Notes: generated from the letters alone by a model not told the origin. A stretch of DNA of 44,353 nt from an uncultured Gammaproteobacteria bacterium (GCA_964566675.1 CAZMJG010000001.1:1-44353), one strand, 5' to 3'; positions 16,253 to 26,581 are shown, counted from the first letter of the stretch. Program-made: numbers and translations.

Positions 16253-16398
16253 GTATATTAATACAATGCATATATGTCAATGGCAATTCTACATACATAG
16301 ACAATCGTATCTTTACAAAAAGTTGTATACCTAAAAAAAACTCCTAGATATGTAAACTATTAGTTGCAATTTGTCAGTGATATCTTTAGATTAATGAT

Positions 16399-18051
16399 AT
16401 GTCAAAAAAAATATGGCTTGGCATGTTGTTTGTACTCTTCTTTATACTAATTCCTACGTTGGTATATGCTGCAAGCATAACCTGGACTGAAACACAACCT
16501 GCCGGAAATACTGATATCCAGTGGACAGCGGCAAAAATGAGCGATGATAAACAAACTATACTTGCCGCATCTGCATCACGCCTGTACCTAACGACAAATG
16601 GGGGTACTACATGGGCGGAAGCCCAGCCCGCGGGGGATACAGACAAACAATGGTATACAGTAGCGGTGAGTGGAGATGGGCATACCCTACTTGCAGGTGT
16701 GGTTGGAAGTCGCCTTTATCTATCTACCAATAGCGGTTCAACCTGGACTGAAACGCAACCTGCCGGTAATGCAGATCGCAGTTGGTATACATCGACAATC
16801 AGTGATGACGGGCAAATAATGCTTGCGGGGGTAGGTTCCGGTCGTTTGTATATATCTACAAACAGAGGTAGTACATGGACCGAGACGCAGCCTGATGGAA
16901 ACACAGATAGATTTTGGATTGTAGTGCAAGTGAGTGCAAATGGTCAATATATATTGGCTGCTGAATATACCGGAAGGGTATATATGTCAACGAATACAGG
17001 TAATTCTTGGACAGAGATCCAACCTGCCGGGAATACTGATAAATCTTGGTGGGCTGGCACAATCAGTGATGACGGCCAAACGATGCTCGCAGGATATAGA
17101 AGTGGACGACTGTATATCAGTCGAAACGGAGGAAGCAGTTGGAGCGAAGCACAACCAGCAGGAAACACGACCCAAGATTGGTATAGTGCAAGTATAAGCG
17201 GTAATGGACAACGAATACTTGTGGCACCAGTAAATGGAAGGGCTTATATCTCTGGAGATAATGGTATTACGTGGGAAGAGACACAACCTGAGGGAAATAC
17301 AAATAAGGCATGGATCTCAGCCGATGTAACAAAAAATGGAAACAATTATCTTATACCCGTAAATGTGGGAAGAATGTATATAGGTTCCTATATTGAGCCA
17401 ACCTCCACCCCAGCCGCTGTTTCAAACACTACGGAGCACACTTCGGATGGAAAGGCTCCAGACACATCATGTCGGAGTTCTGCCCCAACAAGCAAACCAG
17501 ACCTATTTCAAATAGATGTATACGGCACGGATGCAACCTTATACTTTGCACCAGCTACCAACGCAAATAAGTACTTTATAGCCTATGGCGACAGAGATAC
17601 AACCGAACAGTATGGTGTCGAGTATAATAGCGGAAATGTAAACGGTGTCCTTTCTTATACCATCCATATGCTTAGTCCATCAAGCAGCTACTCATTTAAA
17701 GTACGAGGTGGAAATGGATGTATGCCGGGCGAATGGAGCAATGTGATGAAAGCTAAAATGGCAGCCCCAACAAGAGGAACATATAGCTATTATAAAAACT
17801 CTACCTCATCCGCGTTCTCATCGACTTTATCACATATAGTTTCTCCAGGAAGTGACAATAACGTCTTGGGTGCAAAAACAACACAAAGCAAAAATTGTAA
17901 AAGCTATACGGTGCAAGCTGGAGATTCTTTGTGGAGCATTGCGACGAATGAACTAGGTAATGGTTCAGAATATAGTGTTCTTATGAATGATAACAATCTC
18001 TCCAATACGTTACTACAGGTAGGACAGAAAATAAACATAAACTGCAAGTAA
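16399..18051 (+). CDS. Secreted seven-blade beta-propeller (BNR/Ycf48-like repeats) - FN3-like - LysM protein
   Basis: Signal peptide. Seven ~40-aa repeats W(T/S)E.QP.GN.D..W...S.DG...LA....GR.Y.S.N.G. A KYFIAYG...YSFKVRG FN3-like segment. C-terminal YTVQAGDSLWSIA...LQVGQKINI LysM. Confidence 0.75.
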   Translation: MSKKIWLGMLFVLFFILIPTLVYAASITWTETQPAGNTDIQWTAAKMSDDKQTILAASASRLYLTTNGGTTWAEAQPAGDTDKQWYTVAVSGDGHTLLAGVVGSRLYLSTNSGSTWTETQPAGNADRSWYTSTISDDGQIMLAGVGSGRLYISTNRGSTWTETQPDGNTDRFWIVVQVSANGQYILAAEYTGRVYMSTNTGNSWTEIQPAGNTDKSWWAGTISDDGQTMLAGYRSGRLYISRNGGSSWSEAQPAGNTTQDWYSASISGNGQRILVAPVNGRAYISGDNGITWEETQPEGNTNKAWISADVTKNGNNYLIPVNVGRMYIGSYIEPTSTPAAVSNTTEHTSDGKAPDTSCRSSAPTSKPDLFQIDVYGTDATLYFAPATNANKYFIAYGDRDTTEQYGVEYNSGNVNGVLSYTIHMLSPSSSYSFKVRGGNGCMPGEWSNVMKAKMAAPTRGTYSYYKNSTSSAFSSTLSHIVSPGSDNNVLGAKTTQSKNCKSYTVQAGDSLWSIATNELGNGSEYSVLMNDNNLSNTLLQVGQKININCK

Positions 18052-18088
18052 GAATGAACTGTTATAATTATTTCTAGTTGTATTTCCT

Positions 18089-18799
18089 ATGATTTTTTCT
18101 GAAACATCTTCATTCCCACTGAAAGATAAAGGGCTAGAAGCTTCTATAATACAAAATAGCGTGGAAGATCCATTTATCAGACATGTGCCTCAACTTGCAG
18201 CATTAAGAGAATATAAAGGTATACCTTGTCTTTTAAATGTTAGCAATAAGCAAGGAACGATGGACTTGTATAAAGTGGCATCAATGCGGTATCAGAATAC
18301 ATTTATGGTGGAAAATGAAAATGAACATGTAATTCTTGGTATGTGGCTTGCAGAAAATAATCTTCCGGTTGGCTATTTTGATGTTGAATTACCGAGCAAA
18401 CCTCATGCATTGCCGGTCTATCATAGCTGTCCACTTTTAGAAAATGGAACATCTATTCCCACGGAATTTCGTCAGTTTTTGGAGCTTAAAAAAGCATTAC
18501 ATACTGGTGATGAATATGCAGCGTATATTGCTAAAGAATTTAGAGGAGCAGATCTGGGTACTCTCAATCATACGCTTATGCTTGCCCTTCTTCAAGATAT
18601 GAACTTTGCGACTTATAGAGTTCCAGACGACATCACTACGGATCATCCTAGTAATCATTACAATATTTTGGCTGATACTAATTCTTTTTATTTTCAGTAT
18701 GAGATACCTGATGCATTAGCTGAAAAAAGGAAAAAATACGAAGGGTCTACGACACTTACTTCTTATCAGATCAATTTGCTGATGAATGCTTTAAAATAA
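18089..18799 (+). CDS. Hypothetical protein (236 aa)
   Basis: ORF only; no motif recognised. Confidence 0.5.
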   Translation: MIFSETSSFPLKDKGLEASIIQNSVEDPFIRHVPQLAALREYKGIPCLLNVSNKQGTMDLYKVASMRYQNTFMVENENEHVILGMWLAENNLPVGYFDVELPSKPHALPVYHSCPLLENGTSIPTEFRQFLELKKALHTGDEYAAYIAKEFRGADLGTLNHTLMLALLQDMNFATYRVPDDITTDHPSNHYNILADTNSFYFQYEIPDALAEKRKKYEGSTTLTSYQINLLMNALK

Positions 18800-18826
18800 G
18801 AGTACTCTTTATTAATTTTTATTTAT

Positions 18827-19243
18827 ATGCAAATACCATATCTCGCAATACTCATCGCCTCAGTCGCTCAGTTTATATTTGGTGCTGTCTGGTACAGCGC
18901 GCTTTTTGGCAAGCTTTGGGGTAAAATACACGGTTTTGATAAGCTTTCAAAAGAAGTGCAACAAAAAATGATGAAAGCCATGGGACCTTTTTATGGCGTA
19001 CAGTTTTTTGTCACAGTCATCACAACATTTGTACTTGCTCTTTTTATGCAAGGACTGCCATCTAGTTGGAATCCATATGGCATTGCGTTCTTTTTCTGGC
19101 TGGGGTTTGTACTTCCTACACAAGTAAGTGCGGTGATATTCGGTGGTACTGAACCACAGTGGATTGTAAAAAAAATTGCAGTACAAGCCGGAGCCGCACT
19201 TGGATGTCTTGAGATCGCCGCGACGATACTGCATTTTATGTAA
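18827..19243 (+). CDS. DUF1761-family membrane protein
   Basis: LAILIASVAQFIFGAVWYSALFGKLWGK N-terminus and four hydrophobic segments resemble DUF1761. Confidence 0.55.
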   Translation: MQIPYLAILIASVAQFIFGAVWYSALFGKLWGKIHGFDKLSKEVQQKMMKAMGPFYGVQFFVTVITTFVLALFMQGLPSSWNPYGIAFFFWLGFVLPTQVSAVIFGGTEPQWIVKKIAVQAGAALGCLEIAATILHFM

Positions 19244-19276
19244 AGCAAACTATAACTATTTCGGTATAATGACTTC

Positions 19277-20071
19277 ATGAAACTATACTCATGGAATGTC
19301 AATGGCATACGGTCTGTAGTAAATAAAGGCGCTTTCCAAAGCTTTATAGCCGAGCATGATCCCGATATTATGTGCTTACAGGAGACAAAAGCGATGCAAG
19401 GACAGGCGACTATAGACTTACCGCAATATAGTGAATACTGGAACTCCGCTGAAAAAAAAGGCTATAGTGGCACTGCAATATTCACAAAACAGAAACCTCT
19501 TAATGTAATCTACAACATACCTGAAACTTGCCTGGAAGGAATACAACTAGGCGATAGGTATGGCAACACCAATACAGAAGGGCGAGTAACCACTGCAGAA
19601 TTTGAGAAATTTTATGTCGTCACCGTATATACACCAAATAGTAAAGGAGATCTGACGAGATTAGCTTTGAGGCACAAAGGATGGGATGTGGCTTTTTTGC
19701 GACATGTAAAAATATTGGAAAAAAATAAACCAGTGCTTTTTTGTGGGGACTTGAACGTAGCTCATACTGAGCTTGATCTAGCAAGGCCAAAAGAGAACAT
19801 AGGAGAGCACGGATTTACCCATGAAGAGCGCAAAGGTTTTGACAACATATTAAAAGCAGGCTTTTTAGATACATTTCGCCTTTTTACTCAAGGAAATGGA
19901 CATTATAGTTGGTGGACAAATTGGGGCGGCGCGCGAGCGCGGAATGTAGGCTGGAGGATTGACTACTGGCTTGCATCAGCACCATTAAAACCATATATTC
20001 AGAAAGCAGAAATTCACCCAGAAATAATGGGCAGCGATCATTGCCCCGTGAGTTTGACCATCGAAGCTTAG
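19277..20071 (+). CDS. xth: Exodeoxyribonuclease III (AP endonuclease)
   Basis: MKLYSWNVNGIRS, CLQETK, GDLNVAH, SDHCPV motifs. Confidence 0.9.
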   Translation: MKLYSWNVNGIRSVVNKGAFQSFIAEHDPDIMCLQETKAMQGQATIDLPQYSEYWNSAEKKGYSGTAIFTKQKPLNVIYNIPETCLEGIQLGDRYGNTNTEGRVTTAEFEKFYVVTVYTPNSKGDLTRLALRHKGWDVAFLRHVKILEKNKPVLFCGDLNVAHTELDLARPKENIGEHGFTHEERKGFDNILKAGFLDTFRLFTQGNGHYSWWTNWGGARARNVGWRIDYWLASAPLKPYIQKAEIHPEIMGSDHCPVSLTIEA

Positions 20072-20136
20072 CCTATAGTTTGAAGAATCTGTTAGTTCAT
20101 GATATAATATAGACTTTATTAACAGTCTAAAACTAT

Positions 20137-20793
20137 ATGGAACTAAAAAAAATATTCTCAAAACAAGCTATTAATACTCGAAATATAATAGTAGCCATAG
20201 CTTTGATCGTTGTACTTGCAACAGCTGCGCATCGTACACTGAGTACATCTTATTCGGCCAAGAAGACAGAAAAAGAAAGTGAAATTGTGATTACTGTAAA
20301 ACCAAAAAAAACACAGGCTAAACTATCTGTGACACCAAAAGTAACTATAACCACACAAATCACCCAAACACCAAGTGCCGCGCCTACAGCAAAAGTAACG
20401 AGCGCTCCCCAGGCAACTGCGACCCAAGCCCCTGTGGCGACAGCAACTTCTGCACCTACAGCAGCGCCAACGCAAGCACCAGCTGATACAGAAGCGCCAC
20501 ATACAAATATCATGTACCCGGGGAACGGAGGAGAAATTACATACAAAACAGATGGTAAAGTATGTGCCATACAAAGCGCTCCAACCGATAACCAGTCCCC
20601 ACATAATGACATAAGTCTTTCATACAAATTTGACAATGATGGGTGGAGCGATTTCGTCTCAAATTTGAGCTATGTATGCAAAGATTCACTGCCAAACGGC
20701 CCCCATACCCTTTCGGTAAAATCGAAAGATAAAGCCGGCAATATAGAAAACGAGAAAGTCATATCTTTTACCGTAACTATAGAAAACAACTAA
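20137..20793 (+). CDS. Membrane-anchored surface protein with Ala/Thr/Pro-rich linker and Ig-like C-terminal domain
   Basis: N-terminal TM, the low-complexity run TPSAAPTAKVTSAPQATATQAPVATATSAPTAAPTQAP, and HTLSVKSKDKAGN typical of bacterial Ig-like domains. Confidence 0.6.
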   Translation: MELKKIFSKQAINTRNIIVAIALIVVLATAAHRTLSTSYSAKKTEKESEIVITVKPKKTQAKLSVTPKVTITTQITQTPSAAPTAKVTSAPQATATQAPVATATSAPTAAPTQAPADTEAPHTNIMYPGNGGEITYKTDGKVCAIQSAPTDNQSPHNDISLSYKFDNDGWSDFVSNLSYVCKDSLPNGPHTLSVKSKDKAGNIENEKVISFTVTIENN

Positions 20794-20853
20794 TACGAAA
20801 GGGAGACATACAGACTTGTGTGTAGAGTTAATGTACGCAGGTGAAACACTTCA

Positions 20854-20882
20854 TTGACGAACACGGCAAACACTGACATAAT
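20854..20882 (+). promoter_or_regulatory. Sigma70-like promoter TTGACG-N17-CATAAT followed by a 7-bp hairpin (20887-20911)
   Basis: Hexamers and spacing counted directly. The TTAGCTT/AAGCTAA stem lies between the promoter and the ATG at 20924. Confidence 0.35.
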
Positions 20883-20923
20883 AAGATTAGCTTGCTTATA
20901 GGGTAAGCTAATTGCAATATGCT

Positions 20924-21421
20924 ATGAATAGTGAAGTCGTGCAGCTTTGGCAGCAAACCATATTTAGAATAAGTATCACCTCGCTTCTTGGCATACTTGT
21001 CTTGAGCTCTATCACCCTCGTCAGCCTCATATGGGATGCCCTCAACTACAATCGTAATTTTAATAATGCAAAAAAAGTATCGTTGCTTCTTGCTCCTGAA
21101 CTTTTTACCATACAATTTATCGTACCGACAATATTACTTATATTTTTTGTACTCAAAATGCCCGATGTCCCCACACTTCTTGCCTTTTATATACGCCTCA
21201 TACCCTTTACTGCTACATTTTGGCCATTGCTCAATATTCCGGTTTTCCTTGCCTTTATCTTTATCATGAGATCGCAGGTCCTTTCTAAGCGAAGTGTAGC
21301 TCTAATAATCGCCACATACTGGATCACGACTCTCATCATATTGTTCCTCACGGCGCCCTACATATATGAACAAATACTTTTTAAAGAAAAAATCTGCTTT
21401 GGATTGACTTGCCAGTACTAG
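20924..21421 (+). CDS. Polytopic membrane protein, unknown function
   Basis: Four or five hydrophobic segments. ATG at 20924 is preferred to the listed TTG at 20912. Confidence 0.55.
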   Translation: MNSEVVQLWQQTIFRISITSLLGILVLSSITLVSLIWDALNYNRNFNNAKKVSLLLAPELFTIQFIVPTILLIFFVLKMPDVPTLLAFYIRLIPFTATFWPLLNIPVFLAFIFIMRSQVLSKRSVALIIATYWITTLIILFLTAPYIYEQILFKEKICFGLTCQY

Positions 21422-21498
21422 AAACTTTGTTGTTGTTTCAAGCGAAGCTAATATTGCGTATCACTTGTAATTAAGCGTCCTATTGCTATAATAGCCAC

Positions 21499-22419
21499 AT
21501 GCGAAGCAAGCGCTTTATCATAATCACTATTATTGAAATTTTGGTCATTGGATTTATCGTCGTAGACCTTTTTTTCTTGCCATCAAACAATGAGCCTGTC
21601 GAAGAACGTCTTTCAAACTCTCAGACTGAGGCCAATCTCCCCGTGATCGGTAAGCGAGAGTACTATGATGCTGTATTCTTGGGTACTTCACATGCTCGTA
21701 TTTTTTCACGATTTGAAAACCACGCAAGAGTAGAAAAAGTATTGGGAAAAAAATTTATAAATTTGGGACAAGGGTATGAAAGAGGAGGAGTGAAGAGTCA
21801 ACAAACCTACTTAAATTATTTTTATGAGCGAGGGAACTTTGCGACGACTCTCGTGTATTTTGTTGATCCTTTTATTTTTTATCGTCGAAGTCTGGATGAA
21901 AATGTAAGTATCTATGTAAATGAGCCTTACCGCCATGATTTTAATAATCTCCTTAAGGATGTAGAAACCAATAATGAAATAGTAAAATTTTATGAAACAA
22001 AAGAGCAAAAAGGAATACAGCCCACCAAGTATCCGGAATTTGAAAAGAAGTATCAGGGAGATATTTCCAGTATCACGCCTGAAGCCATAGATGATCGTAT
22101 AGCTCACTTATATCAGGACCCTTACAATAAAGAACAGTTCGATAAAACCCTCAGCATTTTATTGCAAACCATTGAAATTGCCCGTGGCCACGGCATGCGG
22201 GTAGTCGTGATAATACCTACAACACAGATTCCTGCGCAACCACGTGATATTTATGTGCTGGATGCACTGCGTGCCGAAGCAAAAAAAGGATTATTTACTT
22301 TTTATGACTTTTCTCATGTCATAACAGATCCCTCACTTTACTACGATACAGATCATCTCAATACTCCGGGTATTTTATACTTCACTAAAAAGCATCTAAA
22401 ACCAATCTTAGATAAATAA
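21499..22419 (+). CDS. Membrane-anchored hypothetical protein (possible SGNH/DltD-like fold)
   Basis: N-terminal TM. FLGTSHA near the N-terminus and YYDTDHLN near the C-terminus resemble the Ser block and DxxH block of SGNH-type enzymes; this is a weak call. Confidence 0.5.
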   Translation: MRSKRFIIITIIEILVIGFIVVDLFFLPSNNEPVEERLSNSQTEANLPVIGKREYYDAVFLGTSHARIFSRFENHARVEKVLGKKFINLGQGYERGGVKSQQTYLNYFYERGNFATTLVYFVDPFIFYRRSLDENVSIYVNEPYRHDFNNLLKDVETNNEIVKFYETKEQKGIQPTKYPEFEKKYQGDISSITPEAIDDRIAHLYQDPYNKEQFDKTLSILLQTIEIARGHGMRVVVIIPTTQIPAQPRDIYVLDALRAEAKKGLFTFYDFSHVITDPSLYYDTDHLNTPGILYFTKKHLKPILDK

Positions 22420-22461
22420 CCAAAGGTTGCAAAAAAAAAGAGCTATGTCATACTAAAAATT

Positions 22462-23166
22462 ATGACAAAAAAGAAAGCAGAGAGTGTGTCTTTTTACAAA
22501 CGCTATAAAGATGTTGTTTTACTTATCATAGGTTTTGTACTTACAGGGGTTATGGGGACAACTATTACTTACCTGTATCAAAATCACCAGCAGCAGCTGG
22601 CTTTGCAGGTAGAGCAGAAGCGTATAGATAGACAAGAGGCATATACTGCTGCTTCTGAAATAAGTGAACTTGTGGGTAAACATCATTTTAACGCGCTGCA
22701 ATTACGAGGTTCAATAGATTCATATATACAGCAACCTACACCAGATAACTTGGTTTTTATGAATGAACAATCTTCAATGTACCGTGCGAGTGTTCGCGAA
22801 TGGAATACTGAGTGGAATAAAAACAGGACACGTGTACGAATGCTTTTTGGAAGTGATTTTGAAGGTCGTTTTTATACACATGCTGATATAAGTAAAGAAA
22901 AATATGAGCAAAGTTTAACTGGTCTTTTTAATGAAATGCATAATGAGCTAGTTGCAGCAAAAGCCGTAGCTTTTTCTAATAACAAAAGTAAAGGATATGA
23001 TTTCACACGTTTTGACGAAAAGTACCACGCCATAGGATATGTCTCTTATGAACTATATAATGATATGATTGCAAAAATCCAAAAAGGGGAAGTAGGTACT
23101 TTTAATAAGAACCAGTTAGAGAATCTCGCTCCTACCTATGTCTTTCCAACATCGACAATTGAATAA
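22462..23166 (+). CDS. Membrane-anchored hypothetical protein
   Basis: ORF with one N-terminal TM; no motif recognised. Confidence 0.5.
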   Translation: MTKKKAESVSFYKRYKDVVLLIIGFVLTGVMGTTITYLYQNHQQQLALQVEQKRIDRQEAYTAASEISELVGKHHFNALQLRGSIDSYIQQPTPDNLVFMNEQSSMYRASVREWNTEWNKNRTRVRMLFGSDFEGRFYTHADISKEKYEQSLTGLFNEMHNELVAAKAVAFSNNKSKGYDFTRFDEKYHAIGYVSYELYNDMIAKIQKGEVGTFNKNQLENLAPTYVFPTSTIE

Positions 23167-23685
23167 ACGGCAATCTTAATATACTGAAGTATTGACAGGA
23201 GGCCTCGTTCGCTTATTTAATCGATCTTATAGTAAAATGCTGCGGAAGCATTTCTTACCTGATAATTTGTGAGGAAATTCGGCTCATCTGAACCCTTATT
23301 GTATTGTTGTAAAAGTCTAAATATCGAATTCAACAGTGTTGGCAAGCTATGCCTGTTAATGATAACTAATTGTAGGTGTTTATATCATTGCAACAATCCT
23401 TTTAGTTATGAAGGTGAACCTTTAAGAAAGGTCAAATGTCTGCCATCGGTAAAAAAATAAATCTGCTCAATTTCTCGCTGTGATAACAAAAGCTGTACAG
23501 TATGTAGCAGCGCTGCGTTCCCAAAGATCGGTCCAGTCAAATATATATGCTTATGACCATCTATGTTCTGAGATGAGACTATCGAAAAGTAGGTTTCTAA
23601 AAGAAAAACTAAACGAAGTGATTAAGCAGGTTTATTTTCTTAACTTTATTAATTATATCATACTTTTTTTAAAAGTGGGAAGTAA

Positions 23686-23880
23686 ATGACATCCATGAGT
23701 TATACTCTATATATGTCTGATAAAGCAATTGTGATGATATTCTTTACCATTGGTTCATTTATCGGAGGGTACGTCCCTTCACTCTGGGGGTCGTCATTTC
23801 TGTCTTTTTCTTCACTTATTGGGAACTGTATAGGCGGAATCGTGGGGATATATGTCGGATATAAGATCATTACTTCCTGA
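23686..23880 (+). CDS. Small two-TM glycine-zipper membrane protein (GlsB/YeaQ/YmgE-like)
   Basis: 64 aa; FFTIGSFIGGYV and IGNCIGGIVGIYVGY glycine-zipper helices. Confidence 0.4.
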   Translation: MTSMSYTLYMSDKAIVMIFFTIGSFIGGYVPSLWGSSFLSFSSLIGNCIGGIVGIYVGYKIITS

Positions 23881-23890
23881 GAGGGAGGAT

Positions 23891-23913
23891 GAGATAGATT
23901 TTAAACCTATCTC
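23891..23913. terminator. Hairpin GAGATAG-N9-CTATCTC between convergent small genes
   Basis: Perfect 7-bp stem read directly; no strong T-run follows, so function is uncertain. Confidence 0.3.
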
Positions 23914-24046
23914 ATTGCCTAATGCGATGCTCCAGATCAAATTTTTTATGTCGAGCTTCACCTGCACATTTATCAAGATGCATTCTCACATCATCTATGG
24001 ATTTACTGATATATCCACACACAGGACAGCCAAGTTGAATATGCAT
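23912..24046 (-). CDS. 44-aa CxxC...HxxxC zinc-finger-like protein, below the ORF-track cutoff
   Basis: Hand translation MHIQLGCPVCGYISKSIDDVRMHLDKCAGEARHKKFDLEHRIRQ. Confidence 0.3.
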   Translation of the reverse strand: MHIQLGCPVCGYISKSIDDVRMHLDKCAGEARHKKFDLEHRIRQ

Positions 24047-24175
24047 ATTTAGTAGCTTGCCGTAGCTAATAGTTTAACTACTAATTATTAATAAACATTA
24101 TTGTATAAACTGATTGTAAAAATGAGTGGAATGTATTGTAATAAAGCGAAAAGAGATTAAAAGAAGCTATGAGCA

Positions 24176-26422
24176 CTATTCTTTATTATTTTGAAAACCA
24201 AAGGTAGGGAGAATCTCCGTGGGCGAAAACGGGGATGGGAGTGGGGTGGCAGTGAGAATTGTAGTGGGTATAGCGGTGGCTGACGGCTGAGGAATCGGAG
24301 TAGATGTTGCACTTGGCACTGGTGTATCAGTGGGTTTTTGCTCTTCACCAGGTGTTGGAGAAGGTGATCCTGAGGGTGTAGGTGAAGGTAGACCACACAA
24401 GGCTGTAGGTTTAGTACCTCGGATAAAATATTCGGTGTAGGCAGATGAGGTTGCATACTCGACTTTCATACCATCCTCAAAACACACGTTTTCTTCCTCG
24501 ACAGTCGACGGTTTAGCGAAATTTTCTACAGGTTTTCCTTGCAAATAAGCTTCCATAATTTGTCGCCAGATAGGCGCAGCTCCCAGTGATCCGGCGATAC
24601 TAGTCATGGGTTTATTGTCATTATTTCCAATCCATACGCCTACCGTGACTTGAGGTGTATATCCTATGGTGAGTGCATCTTTATAGTCGTTGGTAGTGCC
24701 TGTCTTGACGGCAGCCGTGCGTGAAATGGTGAGCGCTCCTCCGAATGTGTCGGAACGGGCTTTACTGTCGGATAAAATGGAGGAAATAAGATATGCTACA
24801 GAGGAGGGCAGTACTTGACGGGATACGGGATCTCGATCCAGTATGACATTCCCGTTTTTATCGCGAACTTCAAGAAAAGTACTATACTCATGCCATGTTC
24901 CCTCGTTGGCAAAAGTGGCAAATGCATTGGTCATCTCTATAAGCGGCACTTCGGCGGCGCCCAGTACGAGTGAAAGGCCATAATCCGTATCTGTATCGAG
25001 AGTGGTAATCCCGAGTGAGCGGGCGAAATCAAGCGCACCTGAGACACCAACTTTTTCTAGAACATGAATTGCCGGTATATTGAGTGAGTTGGCAAGTGCA
25101 TAGCGAATGAGTACTTTACCGCGGAATTTATTGTCGTAGTTTTTGGGTTCGTAGGAACCAAATTTTACTGGCTCGTCGGGGATTTGTGTGGAGGTCGTAA
25201 TAGCTCTATCTTCAAGGGCTTTAGCATATACCAGAGGTTTAAAAGAAGATCCGGGCTGGCGAGGGCGAAGAGCCATGTTGATCTTGCCATTTTCTTCATC
25301 GTTCCAGTCGTGACTTCCGACAAGTGCCAGTATTTGGCCAGTCTTGGGGTCTATTACGACTGCCGCACCATTGGAAACATTGGAGCTTGCCAACCGTTGA
25401 ACTTGATCTTCGACCGCTTGCTGAGCTTTTTTTTGTAGCTCCAGATCAAGAGTTGTTTTGACTTCAAAACCAGATTGAGCGATAGTCTGCTCCCCATATT
25501 CTTCAATGAGCATATCTTGCACCATAAGCGCAAAATGGATAGCGCCTTCATTTACATGGGTCGATGACGGCTTGAAGGAGATTTCCTCTTTTTGAGCTTG
25601 GGTTTTGACAATACTTGATATATACCCTTGCTCAGACATAAGAGTAAGTACCAGGTTTTTTCTTTTCATGGCAGCTTCTTTATCTCCGGATACCGGCGAA
25701 TAGGCGGAAGGTGCCTGGATAAGCCCAGCTAGCAGAGCGCTTTCTGACAGCGTAAGATCGGCTGCATCTTTGGAAAAATATTTTTCTGCTGCATCCTGTA
25801 TACCGAAGGCTCCCTCACCAAAGTAGATAGTGTTGAGATACATTTCAAGGATATCATCTTTGGAATACCTGCGCTCAAGCTCAAGTGCAAGTACAATCTC
25901 CTGGTATTTACGCAGTAATCTTTTGTCTGCTGAAAGAATAGCATTTTTGATAAGTTGTTGAGAGATAGTAGATCCTCCTTGCGCAAATGACTCAGAATAG
26001 AGATTCTCACGTATAGCACGACCAAAACCTCGGATAGAAAATCCTGGATGGTTGTAAAATTCTTTGTCTTCTATGGCTATAAATGCTTGGGCTGTGTATG
26101 GTGAAAGATCGCTTAGCTCTACAGGATTTTTGGTGCGAGCATCAAAAAGAGTAAAAAATGGTTTATCATTCCGATCTAGCAGCACAACTCCCTCATTTTT
26201 TTTATTGATAATATTCTCTTTGCTGGATAGATCACGAACAAAGTATGCATAGGTGAAAACAGGAATGAGTAGCATAATGGCAGTAAAGCCTACCAATCCA
26301 TAGATAATAGGTCGTCGGCTATGTTTGAGAAAATGAAGGATATCCTCTTTTTTAATACGTTTAAGCTGATAAAAACGGACTTTTAATTTTTGAAAGAAGC
26401 TTGTAGGATGTCCTGTTTGCAT
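24176..26422 (-). CDS. Class A penicillin-binding protein (PBP1A; GT51 transglycosylase + transpeptidase) with Pro/Thr/Ser-rich C-terminal tail
   Basis: EDKEFYNHPG and GGSTISQQL (GT51); SSFKP, SLN and KTGTT (transpeptidase). Confidence 0.9.
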   Translation of the reverse strand: MQTGHPTSFFQKLKVRFYQLKRIKKEDILHFLKHSRRPIIYGLVGFTAIMLLIPVFTYAYFVRDLSSKENIINKKNEGVVLLDRNDKPFFTLFDARTKNPVELSDLSPYTAQAFIAIEDKEFYNHPGFSIRGFGRAIRENLYSESFAQGGSTISQQLIKNAILSADKRLLRKYQEIVLALELERRYSKDDILEMYLNTIYFGEGAFGIQDAAEKYFSKDAADLTLSESALLAGLIQAPSAYSPVSGDKEAAMKRKNLVLTLMSEQGYISSIVKTQAQKEEISFKPSSTHVNEGAIHFALMVQDMLIEEYGEQTIAQSGFEVKTTLDLELQKKAQQAVEDQVQRLASSNVSNGAAVVIDPKTGQILALVGSHDWNDEENGKINMALRPRQPGSSFKPLVYAKALEDRAITTSTQIPDEPVKFGSYEPKNYDNKFRGKVLIRYALANSLNIPAIHVLEKVGVSGALDFARSLGITTLDTDTDYGLSLVLGAAEVPLIEMTNAFATFANEGTWHEYSTFLEVRDKNGNVILDRDPVSRQVLPSSVAYLISSILSDSKARSDTFGGALTISRTAAVKTGTTNDYKDALTIGYTPQVTVGVWIGNNDNKPMTSIAGSLGAAPIWRQIMEAYLQGKPVENFAKPSTVEEENVCFEDGMKVEYATSSAYTEYFIRGTKPTALCGLPSPTPSGSPSPTPGEEQKPTDTPVPSATSTPIPQPSATAIPTTILTATPLPSPFSPTEILPTFGFQNNKE

Positions 26423-26581
26423 GTAGTAATATTATACTACTACAGAGACACGGGCAAGAAAATACTTACATTCTGTTAACAAATAGGATTATTTCTAATT
26501 TAGCACGAGTCTTCCAAGATCCGAAATTAACGCTGGGATGACTACACATGGGTAACAACAAAGAAATTGTATACTATAGTT

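Noticed and set aside
16480-17330. Regular ~120-nt DNA periodicity that could suggest a CRISPR-like or satellite array
   Set aside because: The periodicity is in frame within one long ORF and encodes seven propeller blades. There are no short identical repeats with unique spacers.
20250-20636. 128-aa and 93-aa minus-strand ORFs
   Set aside because: They are antisense products of the Ala/Thr/Pro low-complexity linker of the 20137-20793 gene.
23269-23689. 63-aa and 69-aa + strand ORFs
   Set aside because: They have non-ATG starts, no ribosome-binding context and an implausible Cys/Leu/Asn-rich composition. The region is treated as non-coding or decayed.
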